A DNA stretch of 64,000 nt from positions 37,138,001 through 37,202,000 of the forward strand of contig NC_043007.1 in assembly GCF_006345805.1 (NCBI RefSeq), given 5' to 3'. Positions 11,590-26,328 of the stretch are shown piece after piece. Numbering within the stretch: position 1 is the stretch's first letter; each line of letters begins with the position of its first letter. This stretch comes from Octopus sinensis (Eukaryota). The notes under the pieces are model-generated. The model saw only the letters and a program-made list of their open reading frames with translations, did not search any database and was not told where the DNA came from. Position numbers and translations under genes: made by a program.

Positions 11590-12128
11590 GAATTTCAAAG
11601 AGATCCACCCACATGACTTACCACCAGCTGAATTAGAGAAAAGTTAGAAGCAGATGGAACTGTTCAGAATATCTATAAGAAATGTCCAAATGACCACAGA
11701 CATCAATGAGCCATGGATAGCAAGAAAGAGCAACAGAAACATACAAGAATTCAAGAAAAGCTGTGTGGTAAATGATTCATGAGATAGGAATTTCAAAGTC
11801 AAGTGTCAATTGCATTTGGAAGAGCTGTCATGCAAGATGTGTAGATGATGCACATTTTCCAACAAAGATTGTTTGGGATGATGACGTTAAATTTAAATCA
11901 AATAGCTCAACTGCACCTGCTGGAGATCAGAGCATTTGCATGTTATGGAGAATGTCATGTTAATTTACCCGGTGTTACAGGTGATGCTTATTATGGAAAG
12001 GATTAACTGGACTGGTCTTTCTTGACGCTACTGTGAATGGTACCATTTATTTGAACTTGTTGCAATATTCTGTCATGCCAAGCATCCAAGAACATTTTGA
12101 AGATGTGGAAATTTATTTTGCAGCAAGG
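11590..12128 (+). mobile_element. Tc1/mariner transposase remnant, 5' part (rosa/maT-like)
   Basis: Frameshifted [33 protein letters not shown]...IYF-QQ. Confidence 0.7.
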
Positions 12129-12558
12129 TGTTATTGTATGGGGCTGAGACATGGTGAACAACAGTTAAGTCAAATAAGCAAATGCAATAATTCATCATCA
12201 GATGCTTGCGTAGTATACTTAAAATTAGATGGCCCGAACACATAAGCAATATGGAGCTTTGACAAAGAACAAATGAAGTTTCGATTAGGGAGCAAATATT
12301 TAAGAAAAAGTGGAAGTGGATTGGTAGCACAATTAGAAAAGATACACCAAATGTAAAGAAAAGTACTTTACAGTGGAATCCAGATGGATATAGAAAGAAA
12401 GGTAAGCCTAAGAACTCATGACGTAGATCAACACAGAAGGAACTAGAGAAAGGGGGACATTCATGGCAGAATATAAGTACAGAAGCCAAAAATTATGGAA
12501 TTCAACTATAAGTGGCCTATACTCCGCGTTGGAGGGTTAAAGGCATAAAGAAGAAGAA
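12129..12558 (+). mobile_element. RTE LINE 3' fragment inserted in the transposase
   Basis: [16 protein letters not shown]...KWKWIG...QWNPDGYRKKGKPKNS, ending ...ggcataaagaagaagaag (short-repeat tail). Confidence 0.75.
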
Positions 12559-12853
12559 GGGGCACCCCAGGAATGTAAAGGCCTACTTTGATGAGATTTT
12601 GCCAAACTGGTAAATTGGATGAAGAGGTTCAATAGCATGCCTCTGCATTCACTGAACCATACACATTTGTTTTTCATGGGGATACTTAAGATAAATTTTA
12701 TGGTACAAAACCAGCAACAGTCAATGAAATGAGGACAGCCATTGAACAACAATGCACACAAATACCAAATGAAATGTTTCTTGATGTTTGTGATTTCACT
12801 GGTTCACATTATCAGCAATGCTTGAACTAGAATAGTCATCAGATTGAATTTGA
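12559..12853 (+). mobile_element. Tc1/mariner transposase remnant, 3' part
   Basis: Resumes with GAP..., AYFDEILPNW, then KFYGTKPATVNEMRTAIEQQCTQIPNEMFLDVC. Confidence 0.7.
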
Positions 12854-12934
12854 AGATAGGCATCATAAAAAAATATATTGTTTGTAAATTCTTTTAAATT
12901 TTGAAAATGAAATGTATTTTAATAAACACTCATC

Positions 12935-13320
12935 AGCATCATCATCGTTTAACATTCACTTTCCATGCTAGCATGGGTTGGACGATTTGACTGAGGACTG
13001 GCGAACCAGATGGCTGCACCAGGCTCCAATTTTGATCTGGCAGTGTTTCTACAGCTGGATGCCCTTCCTAACGCCAACCACTCCTAGAGTGTAGTGGGTG
13101 TTTTTACGTGCCACCAGCACGAGGGCCAGTCGGGTGGTACTGGCAATGGCCACACCTAAATGGTGGGTTTTTTTTACGTGCCACCTGCACAAGTGCCAGT
13201 AAGGTAATGCTGGTAATGATCACGTTCGAATGGTGCTTTTTATATGCCACTGGCATGGATGCCAGCTAGCTGCTCTGGCAACGATCACGCTTGGCTGGTG
13301 CTCTTAGTGCTTCACTAGCA
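12935..13320 (-). mobile_element. RTE-tail element copy
   Basis: catcatcatcgtttaac...ccatgctagcatgg...ggatgcccttcctaacgccaacc... with internal gtgccacc-type repeats. Confidence 0.82.
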
Positions 13321-14134
13321 CGGATGCCAGTTTATTATAATCGCATGGGTATACATTTTGGAGAAGACACTCTGTATGTATATGTGTGTGAGTGCGTACA
13401 TAGATATGTTCTGAATGTGTGTATGTTTGTCTCCATGTCTTGACATTGTGTGATAGTTGTAAATGAGTGTCACTGTCATACAAGCAGTGTCGTTCATTTC
13501 CAATATTAAGTGATATTCCTCTACTCATTAGCTCCTTGCTACATATTTTACATCACAAGATTTATATTAATATCTAAATAGGTGGCACATCAGCAGAGTT
13601 GCTAGAATGCTGAGTTAGATAGTTTACGTCTGACTGTGTTGTGGGTTCAAATCTCATCATGGTCAACTTCGTCTTTCTTTCAGCGTCAGTAAGAATATAT
13701 CAATCCAGGATTGTAGATAAGTGGAACTGTAAGAATGCTTGAAAAGATGCCTGGCAGTGTTTGTTCTGGCTCTTTGGATCCCAAGTTCAAATCTCACCAT
13801 GGCCAATACAAGTGACAGACTTAACTGTCACCCAGTTTAAAACCACCATTTGGTACCTTAGATACCTTTAGCAGAGTCCCGTCACTTGCAAGCATCCAGA
13901 GCCAGGCCACTGGTTAGAGGATACCTTCTGTTCATCCGGCCTCCCTCTTACTAGTCACAGTGAGTCATGGTTACTACCTTTCCCCTGACTTAAAAACAAG
14001 AAAGAAAAAAGCAACCTCTCCTGGGGTTAAAAACGGTAGTAATGTTGATTCCTATGGAACAGCCATATTGACATGGTAATAAACATTACTTTTCAGTATA
14101 GTTACTACTTTCATCTCTTTGCTACATACATTTT

Positions 14135-14283
14135 TTCTCTCCTTGTTTTTTCTGTGTCCCTTTCTGTAGAAGAGCATAGGCTTGAAACGTAAAAGACTTT
14201 CTATTCCTGAGCATTATACTAATACATCTGTTTGTTTTGTACACCACCTGTCTTCGTCTTTTGTTTTTTTCGTAAACTCTCCC
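14135..14283 (+). mobile_element. Probable Penelope-like element terminal-repeat fragment
   Basis: ctttctgtagaagagcataggcttgaaacgtaaaagac resembles PLE ends (ctgaNga...gaaacg). It interrupts one copy of a local duplication. Confidence 0.45.
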
Positions 14284-14662
14284 TTCTAACTAGCTACTTT
14301 GCTTGTTGCAAGATCAGTGACTGTCCACTTAGTTGTCTATATATTGCAAGCTGGAGAGAATTACTGCTATCTCTAGCAGATGGGTGCTCACCACAGATGA
14401 TAGGCAGAAATAGTCTGGTGATGTTGTCTGCTAGAAGATAGACAGGGTTCGCTCCCCTGCTTGCAATATATATCAGGTGCAGATTGCATCAATAACCAGC
14501 TGGAGGAAGCTCTTCCTAGGGTTAAAAACAGTAGTAACATTGATTCCTATAGGACAGCCGTATTAATGTAGTGATAAACATTGCTTCACAATATAGTTAC
14601 TGCTTCAATCTCTTACAGAAATTTTCTAACTAGCTACTTTGCTTGTTGAAAAAAAATCTTTA

Positions 14663-14815
<153 letters not shown>

Positions 14816-15216
14816 TTAACTATAAGTCTTCTACTGTAGACTCAGCTTGACCAATACCTTGTGAATGGATAACCCTTCTATGAATACATTATATGTAGGA
14901 GGGGAGAGAGAGAGAGAGAGAGAGAGACAATTCAAGGGTTTGACAAATAAATACCAATAAAATATGAAACTGAAATGTGTACTGGAGTAAATATAATCAA
15001 CTAAAACATTGAAAGCAGTGCTCTAGTATGGCTACAATAGATAGATGGAAACTAGTGAAAATATATACACAGATACATATATGCATATACACAAATATAT
15101 ATAAATATATATATATATCAACAATCAAGGAACGGCCATGATAGGCCATTCACCCACTAGAAATAGCAGCCAAAGCTTCAACCGCAAGTAAAGATCAATT
15201 CCGTAAACAGGAGAAA

Positions 15217-15256
<40 letters not shown>

Positions 15257-15579
15257 AAATATATATGCACACATATACACACACACACAAATACATACAG
15301 ATACATATGCACACATTATATATATATATATATTTCAATTTAACAGAAGTTCTACAGTGCTTAGTATAAACAACAAATGTCGAAACTTAACACCAACATG
15401 TAAATTAGATTTCCCCACAGGTAGAGATAGAGAAATATCATATGAAAATTTACAAGCTGTTACCTTTTGGCAAAACGCTATGCAAATCCCTCCGTCAAGT
15501 TAAATTCTAGCATTAAAGAAATTACTTAAGCCTGATTTAAACAAATGTTAGAAAAGAATAACCAACTCCAGGAACTTAC

Positions 15580-15660
15580 CGATTTCTCCATGTTTTGCAA
15601 TAGGCTGCGCATGAATTTTAAGAATTTCAAGTCGAGCTTGTTCATTTGGTAAGGGAATTT
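15580..15660 (-). CDS. PSMC6: PSMC6 exon 9 (81 nt)
   Basis: ttgcag|(E)[26 protein letters not shown]+G|gtaagt. Too short for the ORF track; read manually. Confidence 0.96.
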
Positions 15661-16809
15661 CTGCAAAGGAAGGCAAATATATTTATATAATTACGTAATA
15701 TCATATCATTTATCATTGTTTTATTGTCCACTTTTCTATGCTTGCATGGATCAGATGGAATTCATTGAGGCAGATTTTTCATAGTAGGATGCGCATCCTG
15801 TGGCCAGCCCTCACTTGTTTCTTACTAAGATAACATTTTCCTGTGCCAGACATGTTTCCAAGGAAGAGTAGAAACATACAACACCACTTATATGATGATG
15901 AAGCTTGTTTACAACTATTGTGCAAGGTAAAGACAAGGAGAACACAAACACATACGTAATAAACTCCTTTCACACACACACATATTTATATATGGCAGAA
16001 AGACAAACAAAAAGACACATGCACAAATACACAACAGGCTTCTTTCTGTTTCTATATACCAAATACTCTCACAAGGAATTTGGTGGACCCTTGGCTCAAG
16101 TCTATAGTAGAAGTCACTTGCCCAAAGTATCACATAGTAGGACTGAAACAGTTGTTGGCATCAGAAAGGGTATCCAGCAGTAGAAACCATGCCAAAGGAG
16201 CCAGTGGGGTTTAGTGCAGTCCCATGACTCCATGGAAAAATGGACAGTAAATGATGATGATACGTATCTTCTGGGTTCTAAGTGGCTTAGTTTCAGTTTC
16301 ATAACTGTTTTAAACAGATGAGAGAAACCATAGCGGTTAGAACTCCAGTCTATCTCAGCTAACATTCACATGGCCTGGTATCTATTTCCTACAGTAAAGT
16401 AAAAACAGAAATGTACAATCAGGTGTACTGTCCAAATACACAACAAAATGTGAGTAGAGGATTTCAATGCTAGACCTACATTTACTTAGCAAAATTGCTT
16501 TAAATATATGCAGCCATTTGTCTATTCGAGCAAGAGGAAGACAGGTGTAGTCCATTTCATTCTGAACAATAACCAAATGCAACTTGAGCTCATTACTACT
16601 CTTTAACACACGTTTCATGCCAATCTACCTATAACCACTCCTAGCTGTGTGATGCAAAACTTCCTTTAAAATTATCTAAATTTAAATCTTCCTTCAAAAC
16701 TTTATACTAATTTATATTTCAAACACCAGCTTAATCATGACAAAAATTATCTTACTAAATATATAGTTATTATCCTAACTTTGGATTGTAGGGTGACCCG
16801 GGAGACTTA

Positions 16810-17180
16810 TTGAGTCAAATACGTTAACATCAACATCAAAATAAAAATCAAATGGAAATTGTAGTTATGATACCCGTGCCGGTGGCACGTAAAAAGCACC
16901 ATCCGAACATGGCCGATGCCAGCACCGCCTGACTGGCGACTATGTTGGTGACATGTAAAAAGCACCAACCGATTGTGGCCATTTGCCAGCCTCCTCTGGC
17001 CCCTGTGCCAGTGGTATGTGAAAAGCACCCACTACACTCACATAGTGGTTGGCATCCAGCTGTAGAAACACTGCCAGATCAGACTGGAGCCTGGCGCAGC
17101 CTCCTGGCTTCCCAGATCCTGGTCGAACCATCCAACCCATGCTAGCATGGAAAACGGACGTTAAATGATAATGATGATAA
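16810..17180 (+). mobile_element. RTE-tail element copy
   Basis: Head ggagacttattgagtcaaatacg...caaatggaaattgtag; tail ccatgctagcatgg...ttaaatgataatgat. Confidence 0.82.
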
Positions 17181-17847
17181 AGTCAAAATTACTTCAAGTA
17201 AAAGTATTTTGTCCCTAATTCTAGAATACAAATATCTGTTTGCTTTAGAATGGTCATATTCAGAGTTAAAACATTTATTAGAAATTACACATTTCATCTA
17301 CAAACAACATCTTTATAGACAAATCAGTTATTTTCTTAAAACCCACATCAAATTCTTGATTGTTTTAAAAAATTAGGAGAAACACAGAACAGAGAATTGT
17401 GAGAAAAATGTTCCAGAAAAGATTAAAATATTAATATGAAACACAGGTGACAGGTGAGAAACTGTAATACCTTCAAGTTTGTAAGTAGACCAATAACCTG
17501 CAAACTTTTGACTTCCTGTGGCTCTACATAGATTAATAAACAGTATAGGATTGGCCATAAGTCACACAAAATGTAAATGTTTAATTACTTTTTTAAGCCA
17601 AAAGAAACTGAGATGATAACAAATGTCATTTATAGCTTAATAAAAGGTTTTATTATATTTGTACAGTTGCTGTGTTTTTGTCCCAAGTCAGCCTTGACTG
17701 AAAAAAACAAACTATCAAAACCATAATTATCCAGTCTTTTTCAACAACTAACTACAATAGTTTAATGTATTCTTCCATTTTTAAGGCAGTATGACATAAT
17801 TTGAGGAAGATTTGGCAGCAGTTTCTAGAAGTTTCAACAATCATGTA

Positions 17848-18243
17848 GGCAGGAGTGGCTGTGTGGTAAGTAGCTTGCTTACCAACCACATGGTTCCGGG
17901 TTCAGTCCCACTGCGTGGCATCTTGGGCAAGTGTCTTCTACTAAAGCCTCAGGCCGACCAAAGCCTTGTGAGTGGATTTGGTAGACGAAAACTGAAAGAA
18001 GCCTGTCATATATATGTATATACATATGTATGTGTGTGTATATGTTTGTGTCTGTGTTTGTACCCCCGCCCAACATCGCTTGACAACTGATGCTGGTGTG
18101 TTTATGTCCCTGTAACTTAGCAGTTCGGCAAAAAAAGACCAGTAGAATAAGTACTAGGCTTACAAAGAATAAGTCCTGGAGTCGATTTGCTCGACTAAAG
18201 GTGGTGCTTCAGGATGGCCACAGTCAAATGACTGAAACAAGTA
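17848..18243 (+). mobile_element. tRNA-headed SINE (family A), full length
   Basis: ggcaggagtggctgtgtggtaagtagc...ggttcagtccc... to ...gactgaaacaagta. Confidence 0.88.
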
Positions 18244-18902
18244 TATGAGTAAATGAGACTTGCTTATTATCAGCTCATGGTCTCATTATAGTTTCTATAT
18301 CTTCACAATTCAAAGTAATGGCCCTCTTTATCAAAAGAATGATATTTAGGACAAAATTATATCATAGCAATAACAAATGAGCTGTTATTGTTGATAAGAG
18401 AGGAGCATCATATAAATTTCCTACATATGTTATGTAGGTACAGGCATGACTGTGAAGGAATTAGCATCACAATCTCATGATTCTGGTTCAATCCCACAGT
18501 GATATGTTGAGCAAATAGCATTGGACAGACGATTGTATTGTCAGTGAAATTCATTAGAAGGAAACTGTACAGAAGCATGTCATTTATGTATACAAACACA
18601 CACACACACATATATATATATATGTATATGTGTCTATATACATGTGTGTTTTTGCCTTTGAATATCATCACACTGACAGCAGTGATGTAATATTTCCTGT
18701 AAACAGAATGTCTGGCAGCAGTCTGACATGTGAAAATGTGGAATAAATTACTTGAAAGCAAGGGCCAGCACAAGAAAGTGGATCAGATTGTAGAATTCAT
18801 CTTCAGCAGATTTCGTCCAATCCATGCCAGTATGTAAAAAGTGGATGTGAAAAAGAATCACAATGAAAGTAATATAATTTAAGCAATATAGTTTTAATAT
18901 AA

Positions 18903-19262
18903 TCATCATCATCATCGTTTAACGTCCGTTCTCCATGCTAGCATGGGTTGGACGGTTCGACCAGGGATCTGGGAAGCCAGAAGGCTGCACCAGGCTCCGG
19001 TCTTATCTGGCAATGTTTCCACAGCTGGATGCCCTTCCTAACGCCAACCACTCCGTGAGTGTAGTGGGTGCTTTTTACATGCCACCTGCACTGGTGCCAG
19101 GCGAGGCTGGCATCGGCCACGGTCGGATTGGTGCATTTTACGTGCCACCTGCACGGAAGCCAGTCGAGGCGGCACTGGCTTCGGCCACGATTCGGATGGT
19201 GCTTTTTACGTACCACCGACACGGAAGTCAGTCGAGGCGGCGCTGGCATCGGCCACGATTTA
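18903..19262 (-). mobile_element. RTE-tail element copy
   Basis: (cat)n start on plus, palindrome ccatgctagcatgg, three internal repeat units. Confidence 0.82.
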
Positions 19263-20005
19263 GATAATATTTAATATTATTTTTTTATGGCGACATCAGA
19301 ATAATACAGACAGTATCCATGATCTAAGTAAGTCTTAGTGAGACTGCTGGATGGTAGAAGAGGAAGAAACTACAATTCATTGGTTGCTACAGTAGGAAAT
19401 ACTGGACCAAGATATCAAATTATCAGATAGGCTATTTGGTCTGAATATTTACATTAAAGAGGACAAGGCTATGGTCTCTGAAGAAACATCATGGGATGAT
19501 GTTAAACCATGCAACAACTAAGTCTCACATCTAACAACAGAAACACACCATTCAATGACTTTCCACACAAGTTTATGTCTACTGAATACAATAAACACAA
19601 CTATAGTCACCAAGGAAGCACAACATTTAGAAGGTTTGGGTCAACAGGAGATTTTGGTAGAACCAACTCGCTCAAGATGTTCTTTCATTTTATAGTGATT
19701 TTCGATAGTAGCATCTTTTATCTTTTACTTGTCTCAGTTATTAGACTGTGACCATGCTGGGGCATTGCATTGAACAACTTTTAATCAAATGAATCAAACC
19801 TAGTACTTATTTTTTTTTTAAAGTCTGTACTTATTTTATCGGTCTTTTTTACCAAACCGCTAAATTATGGAGATGCAAATACACAAAGTCTAGTTATCAA
19901 ACGATGGGGTGGGAGGTACACTGACACCCACACACACATGACAGGCTTCTTTCAGTTTCTGTCTACAAAATCCACTCACAAGGCTTTGATTAGCTTGAGG
20001 CTATA

Positions 20006-20325
20006 AATGGACTTACAAAGTCAGAAAACAACACAGCACTCATGACTTTTGTAAACATTTTTTTCACACTCAGAACTCCTGAAGCATGGAATAAACTACC
20101 TCCATCAGTTGTTAGCTGTCAGGACACTACATCTTTCAAAACGTCCATGCTTCCTGAAATTCGCCAACGGTACACCTAATGCCCTGCACCCTTTTATTTT
20201 TTTAAACAACCCTTTCACTATTCACTTTGTGTGTTATTCTTTGTACTGTACAGGTACTTTTGGCTACCTTTTCTGATAAGTTGTAGTGCACGTGAGCACT
20301 GTATACAATAAGTTCACTATTATTT
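20006..20325 (+). mobile_element. CR1-group LINE short 3' fragment
   Basis: ...tttttcacactcagaactcctgaagcatggaataaactacc (FFTLR..EAWNKLP) and 3' end gagcactgtatacaataa, same family as 3601..4340. Confidence 0.7.
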
Positions 20326-20549
20326 CACAACTATCAGAGTGCAAAGCACTCCTAACGACCGCAAATCTGTGAGATGGTTGTGACCAGGAAACAGCTTTGA
20401 GTAAGAATCAGAAAGAGAAGTATGAACATGCATGTGCACACTGGATTCGTAAAACAGAAGGGAAGAATAAAAATGCAATGTGCATGTCACATCTTGCTTT
20501 ATTTTTCTGTTTTAATTATGCAGTTAACACCAGGTTTCTATATCCGTTA

Positions 20550-20768
<219 letters not shown>

Positions 20769-20949
20769 CTAAATAAAACAAATACATTTTGGTTATAATG
20801 AATATCAACAATTCTTCACATACAAACATACAGAGAAAGAGGTTCCTGTCTACTTCGTAAAGTGGTTAGAAATATAAATGCTATCCAATTTTCAAGACAA
20901 CTGCTTCAATAAGCCCCTCCTGCATCATCATTATCATAAGCATTTAATG

Positions 20950-20951
<2 letters not shown>

Positions 20952-20994
<43 letters not shown>
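20952..20994. repeat. (TA)n microsatellite
   Basis: ~21 perfect TA units. Confidence 0.95.
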
Positions 20995-20997
<3 letters not shown>

Positions 20998-21481
20998 TGT
21001 GGTTAAGATGTTTGCTTCCCAACTACATGGTTTTGGGTTCAGTCCCACTGCATGGCATCTTGGGCAAGGGTCTTCTACAATAAATTTGGGTCAACCAAAG
21101 CCTTGTGAATGGATTTGGTAGACTGAAACTGAAAGAAGCCTGTCATGTATAAATGTATGTGTGTGTGCATTCCCTTGTCTTAATGCCATGTGATAGTTGT
21201 AGGTGAGCATTACCATTATACAAATGGTGTTATTCGTTTCAAGTCTCCCATGTCTGACAAAACATGCTTGGAAACAGGTGTGGGTTGATGATAGGAAGAG
21301 CATCTGAAAGCAGACATTAAAGTAATGATAATCCAATTTTAGAAAATGTGTAACCCCTGTTATGAAAATCCCAATTGTAGTTTCCCTGCCTTCTCATTCT
21401 AACTGTTATAACATTTCTCTTTTTAAAACTTTAGTTAAAAAAAATTTTTTTTAATTAAAAAAAAAATCAATAACAAGATCA

Positions 21482-21778
<297 letters not shown>

Positions 21779-22663
21779 TTAACCATGTTGGAGTACTGCT
21801 TAAAAACTTCATAATTTTTTTCTAATTCTGGTACAAGTCTAGCAGTTGTGAAAAATATCAACCCAAGTATTTTACTAGCACTTAATTTTATCAACCTTGA
21901 AAGGTTGGAAAGCAAAACCAATCAGGATGAGATTCGAAATCAAAATGTAAAAAGCTGGAAGCAATGCCACTAAGCATTTTGTTAGATGCACGAATGATTC
22001 TACCAGCTTACCAGGCTTAGTAACAACAACCTAATTTTGACACAAGGCTAGCAACTTTGAGGAGGGGGCAAATCGATTACACCAGCCCCCTGTAGTTGAA
22101 TGGTACTTTATTTTATCAACTCTGAAAGCATAAGAAGCAAAGTTGACATCAATGAAATTTGAACTTGGAATGGAAAGAGCCAGAAGAAATACCATAAAGC
22201 ATTTTGTCCAATGTGCTAACAATTCTGCAGGCTTGTTGCTTTAAAACATAATAGAACTGATATCAATAATGAGTAAGAAATTAAAAAATTTTAGGTATCC
22301 TGAGATATCATTTATTGTCCATATTCCATCCTAGTATGGGTTGGATAGTTCAACAGGACCTGATGAGCCAGAGAGCTGCATTGGGCTCCAATGTCTGATT
22401 AAGCAAGTCTTTTGGCTACATGCCTTTCATTTTACAGAGTGTACTGGGTGCTTTTTTCATGGCACCTGCACTAGTGAGGCCACCAAATAACTTGCAAAGC
22501 AAGACTGCTTGACACAATGAAAGTGCAGCATTGAGGTGGCTTTGTGTCAGGTGTTGAAAGACTAAAGCATGATAATGGAGATAGGGACAGGTGTCTTGCA
22601 ATAAAGAAACTACACTGCTACCCCAGCAGAAAAGGGAGAAAGGTTGGTGAAGTAGAGGTATCA

Positions 22664-22924
<261 letters not shown>

Positions 22925-24024
22925 TTAGAGAATATTGAAAAACATGTTAAGGCTTAGTGACAGAAAGAGCATCAAGCTGTAAAACAATGGCCTCGATGAC
23001 ATATATTCATTAAACTGAGGCTATCAAAAATGGACATTAAACAAATCGAAAATATATGACAAGATAATGGTGGCATCCAATCTTCATAAAAAAAACCCAG
23101 AGAAACTATGTTCTCATTGTTTTTTGACACAATCTGCCAACTACAACTACACAGTGTCACAATGGTTCTTCATCCATCCTGCTTCTTGATAACAGGTGGA
23201 AGGATTTGAACTTAGAATACAAACCCACAATGGATACCACAAAGCATCCTGTCTGACATTCTGATAATTCTGCCAATCCACCACCACCTTAGACTGACAT
23301 ATTTGTAAACACCTGAGTGGATGAAGAGCAAAGTTCACTTCAGTGAGATTTGAACTTAGGGTGCAGAGAATCAGAAGAAAATACCACAAAGCAATCTATC
23401 TGCAGTTCTAGCAACTCCAGTAACTCACCACTACCTTATCATTGAAAGAACTAAAGAGCTGGAGAGAGAAGTGTGGAATATATATATATATATATAATGT
23501 GTGTGTATACATACATACCAACACACAAAACTCTTGGCCCTTTAGATACACTTCTGCTATATAATGCTGGGTGTGTATTTAAGAGGTTTGCTTCCCAACT
23601 ACATGGTTTCAGGTTCAGTCTCAATCCATGGCACCTTGGGTAAGTGTCATCTACTATGGCTCCAGCCTAACCAAAGTCTTGCAAATAGATTTGGCAGATA
23701 GAAACTGAAAGAAGTCTGTGACATGCATGTATAAATGTTTGTGCCTCTTTGTGTTGATAGTGGGTAGTAGTTGTAAATGAGTGTCATATAAGCATTGTCA
23801 TTCAATTTCCAGTATTCTGCAGAAATATGTCTGGCCATGGGGAAGTATTTACCTTACTTGGAAACAGGTGACAACTGGTCACAGGATGGTCATCCAGCCA
23901 TAGAAAATCTGTTTCCATAAATTCTGCCAGACACATGCAAGCATGTAAAAATGGGCATTAAAACAATGACCACGATAATTATGATGATGATGAGAGAGAT
24001 AAGTGTTGAAAAATGTTTGCTTAC

Positions 24025-24139
24025 TTCTCTGAGTTCTCTGATCTGTTCTCCAAGCCCACCAATTTGATTATAACTAACTTGGCCAGGATCTTCGACCGAC
24101 ATATTGTAAACCAAAGGATCCACTTCTCTTGGTAGGTAT
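24025..24139 (-). CDS. PSMC6: PSMC6 exon 5 (115 nt)
   Basis: atacag|(R)[38 protein letters not shown]|gtaagc. Confidence 0.97.
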
Positions 24140-24419
24140 CTGTATAATAAAAGTACAACAATATTGAAGCAACTTATAAGACAACCAAAATAAAATAGGT
24201 TACATAACCTATGTTCAGTGAGTGGCATCACACAGAATTTATGTGTGCATTTCCATGATGGATAAGATTTGATACGATATTTTACAATTGGGTGCCCTTC
24301 CTGACCTTTGCTTCAGCTAGAGTACATTATTCCACATGACTTCACATGAAATGTCAAGCTGCCAGCATTTTTGAGTACATGGGACATAAATACTGTCACC
24401 ATTCCTTCAGTGGACACTA

Positions 24420-24840
24420 AACTCTGCTTGAGAAGACCTGTTGAGGCAAGTGAAATTGAAATCAAATCAAATTCAATGACTGGCACCTGTGCCAGTGGAG
24501 TGCTAAGAGCACCATCTGAGCGTGATTGCTGCCAGAGCAGCTGACTGGTTTCTGTGCCGGTGGCACGTAAAAAGCACCATTCAAACGTGATCGTTACCAG
24601 CGTCACCTTACTGGCACTTGTGCCAGTGGCACATGAAAAAAGTGAGGTCATTGCTAGTGCCACTGGACTGGCTCCTGTGCAGGTGGCACGTAAAAAACAC
24701 CACTTGAGCGCAGCTGTTGCCAGTACCACCCGATTGGCCCTCGTGCCAGTGGCATGTAAAAGCACCCACTACACTCTCGGAATGGTTGGCATTAGTAAGG
24801 GCATCCAGCTGTAGAAACTCTGCCAGATCAGATTGGAGTC
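24420..24840 (+). mobile_element. RTE-tail element copy, 3'-truncated
   Basis: Five gtgcc(a/g)gtggcac-gtaaaaa units then ggcatccagctgtagaaactctgcc; ends just before the duplicated block. Confidence 0.8.
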
Positions 24841-24864
24841 AATTTAAGAGAGTGTGTGTGTGTG

Positions 24865-24907
<43 letters not shown>

Positions 24908-25409
24908 CACACATGCATGAGTGAATGACTGGATATATATGTGTATGTGCATGACAACATAGATGTAACAACAATGTACTCCAACTGATGTCATTTCATC
25001 TATCAGAGCCCCATGGTTGTATAGAGATCTGGGGATTCTACTGTACGATACTAGTTCACTGCATGGTAGCACAGATTGGCATTTATTGACACCCCCCCTT
25101 CCACCAAACCCAAAAGAATCAAAGGCCAAGTTGACCTCAGCAGCATTTGAATGCAGAACAAAAAACAAAACCAGAAGAACTATTGCATGGTATTTGTCTG
25201 GGTTTAGTCAGAGAATAATAAGGAAGCAAAAATGAATCATTCAATCAAGACATTTATAGATTACAAACCATCACCACTCAAACTGCACTCACCAAAACCA
25301 TGCAACTAAGCTAAGATAGAGGATAGTTTCAGTGGCAAGATATAAATGCAAACTTCTGAATGTTCACTGAGGAAAAGGAAAAAGAAAGACGGAATGAAAT
25401 GTTACTTTA

Positions 25410-25706
<297 letters not shown>

Positions 25707-26121
25707 TCATCTATCAGAGCCCCATGGTTGTATAGAGATCTGGGGATTCTACTGTACGATACTAGTTCACTGCATGGTAGCACAGATTGGCATTTATTGA
25801 CACCCCCCCTTCCACCAAACCCAAAAGAATCAAAGGCCAAGTTGACCTCAGCAGCATTTGAATGCAGAACAAAAAACAAAACCAGAAGAACTATTGCATG
25901 GTATTTGTCTGGGTTTAGTCAGAGAATAATAAGGAAGCAAAAATGAATCATTCAATCAAGACATTTATAGATTACAAACCATCACCACTCAAACTGCACT
26001 CACCAAAACCATGCAACTAAGCTAAGATAGAGGATAGTTTCAGTGGCCAAGATATAAATGCAAACTTCTGAATGTTCACTGAGGAAAAGGAAAAAGAAAG
26101 ACGGAATGAAATGTTACTTTA

Positions 26122-26328
<207 letters not shown>

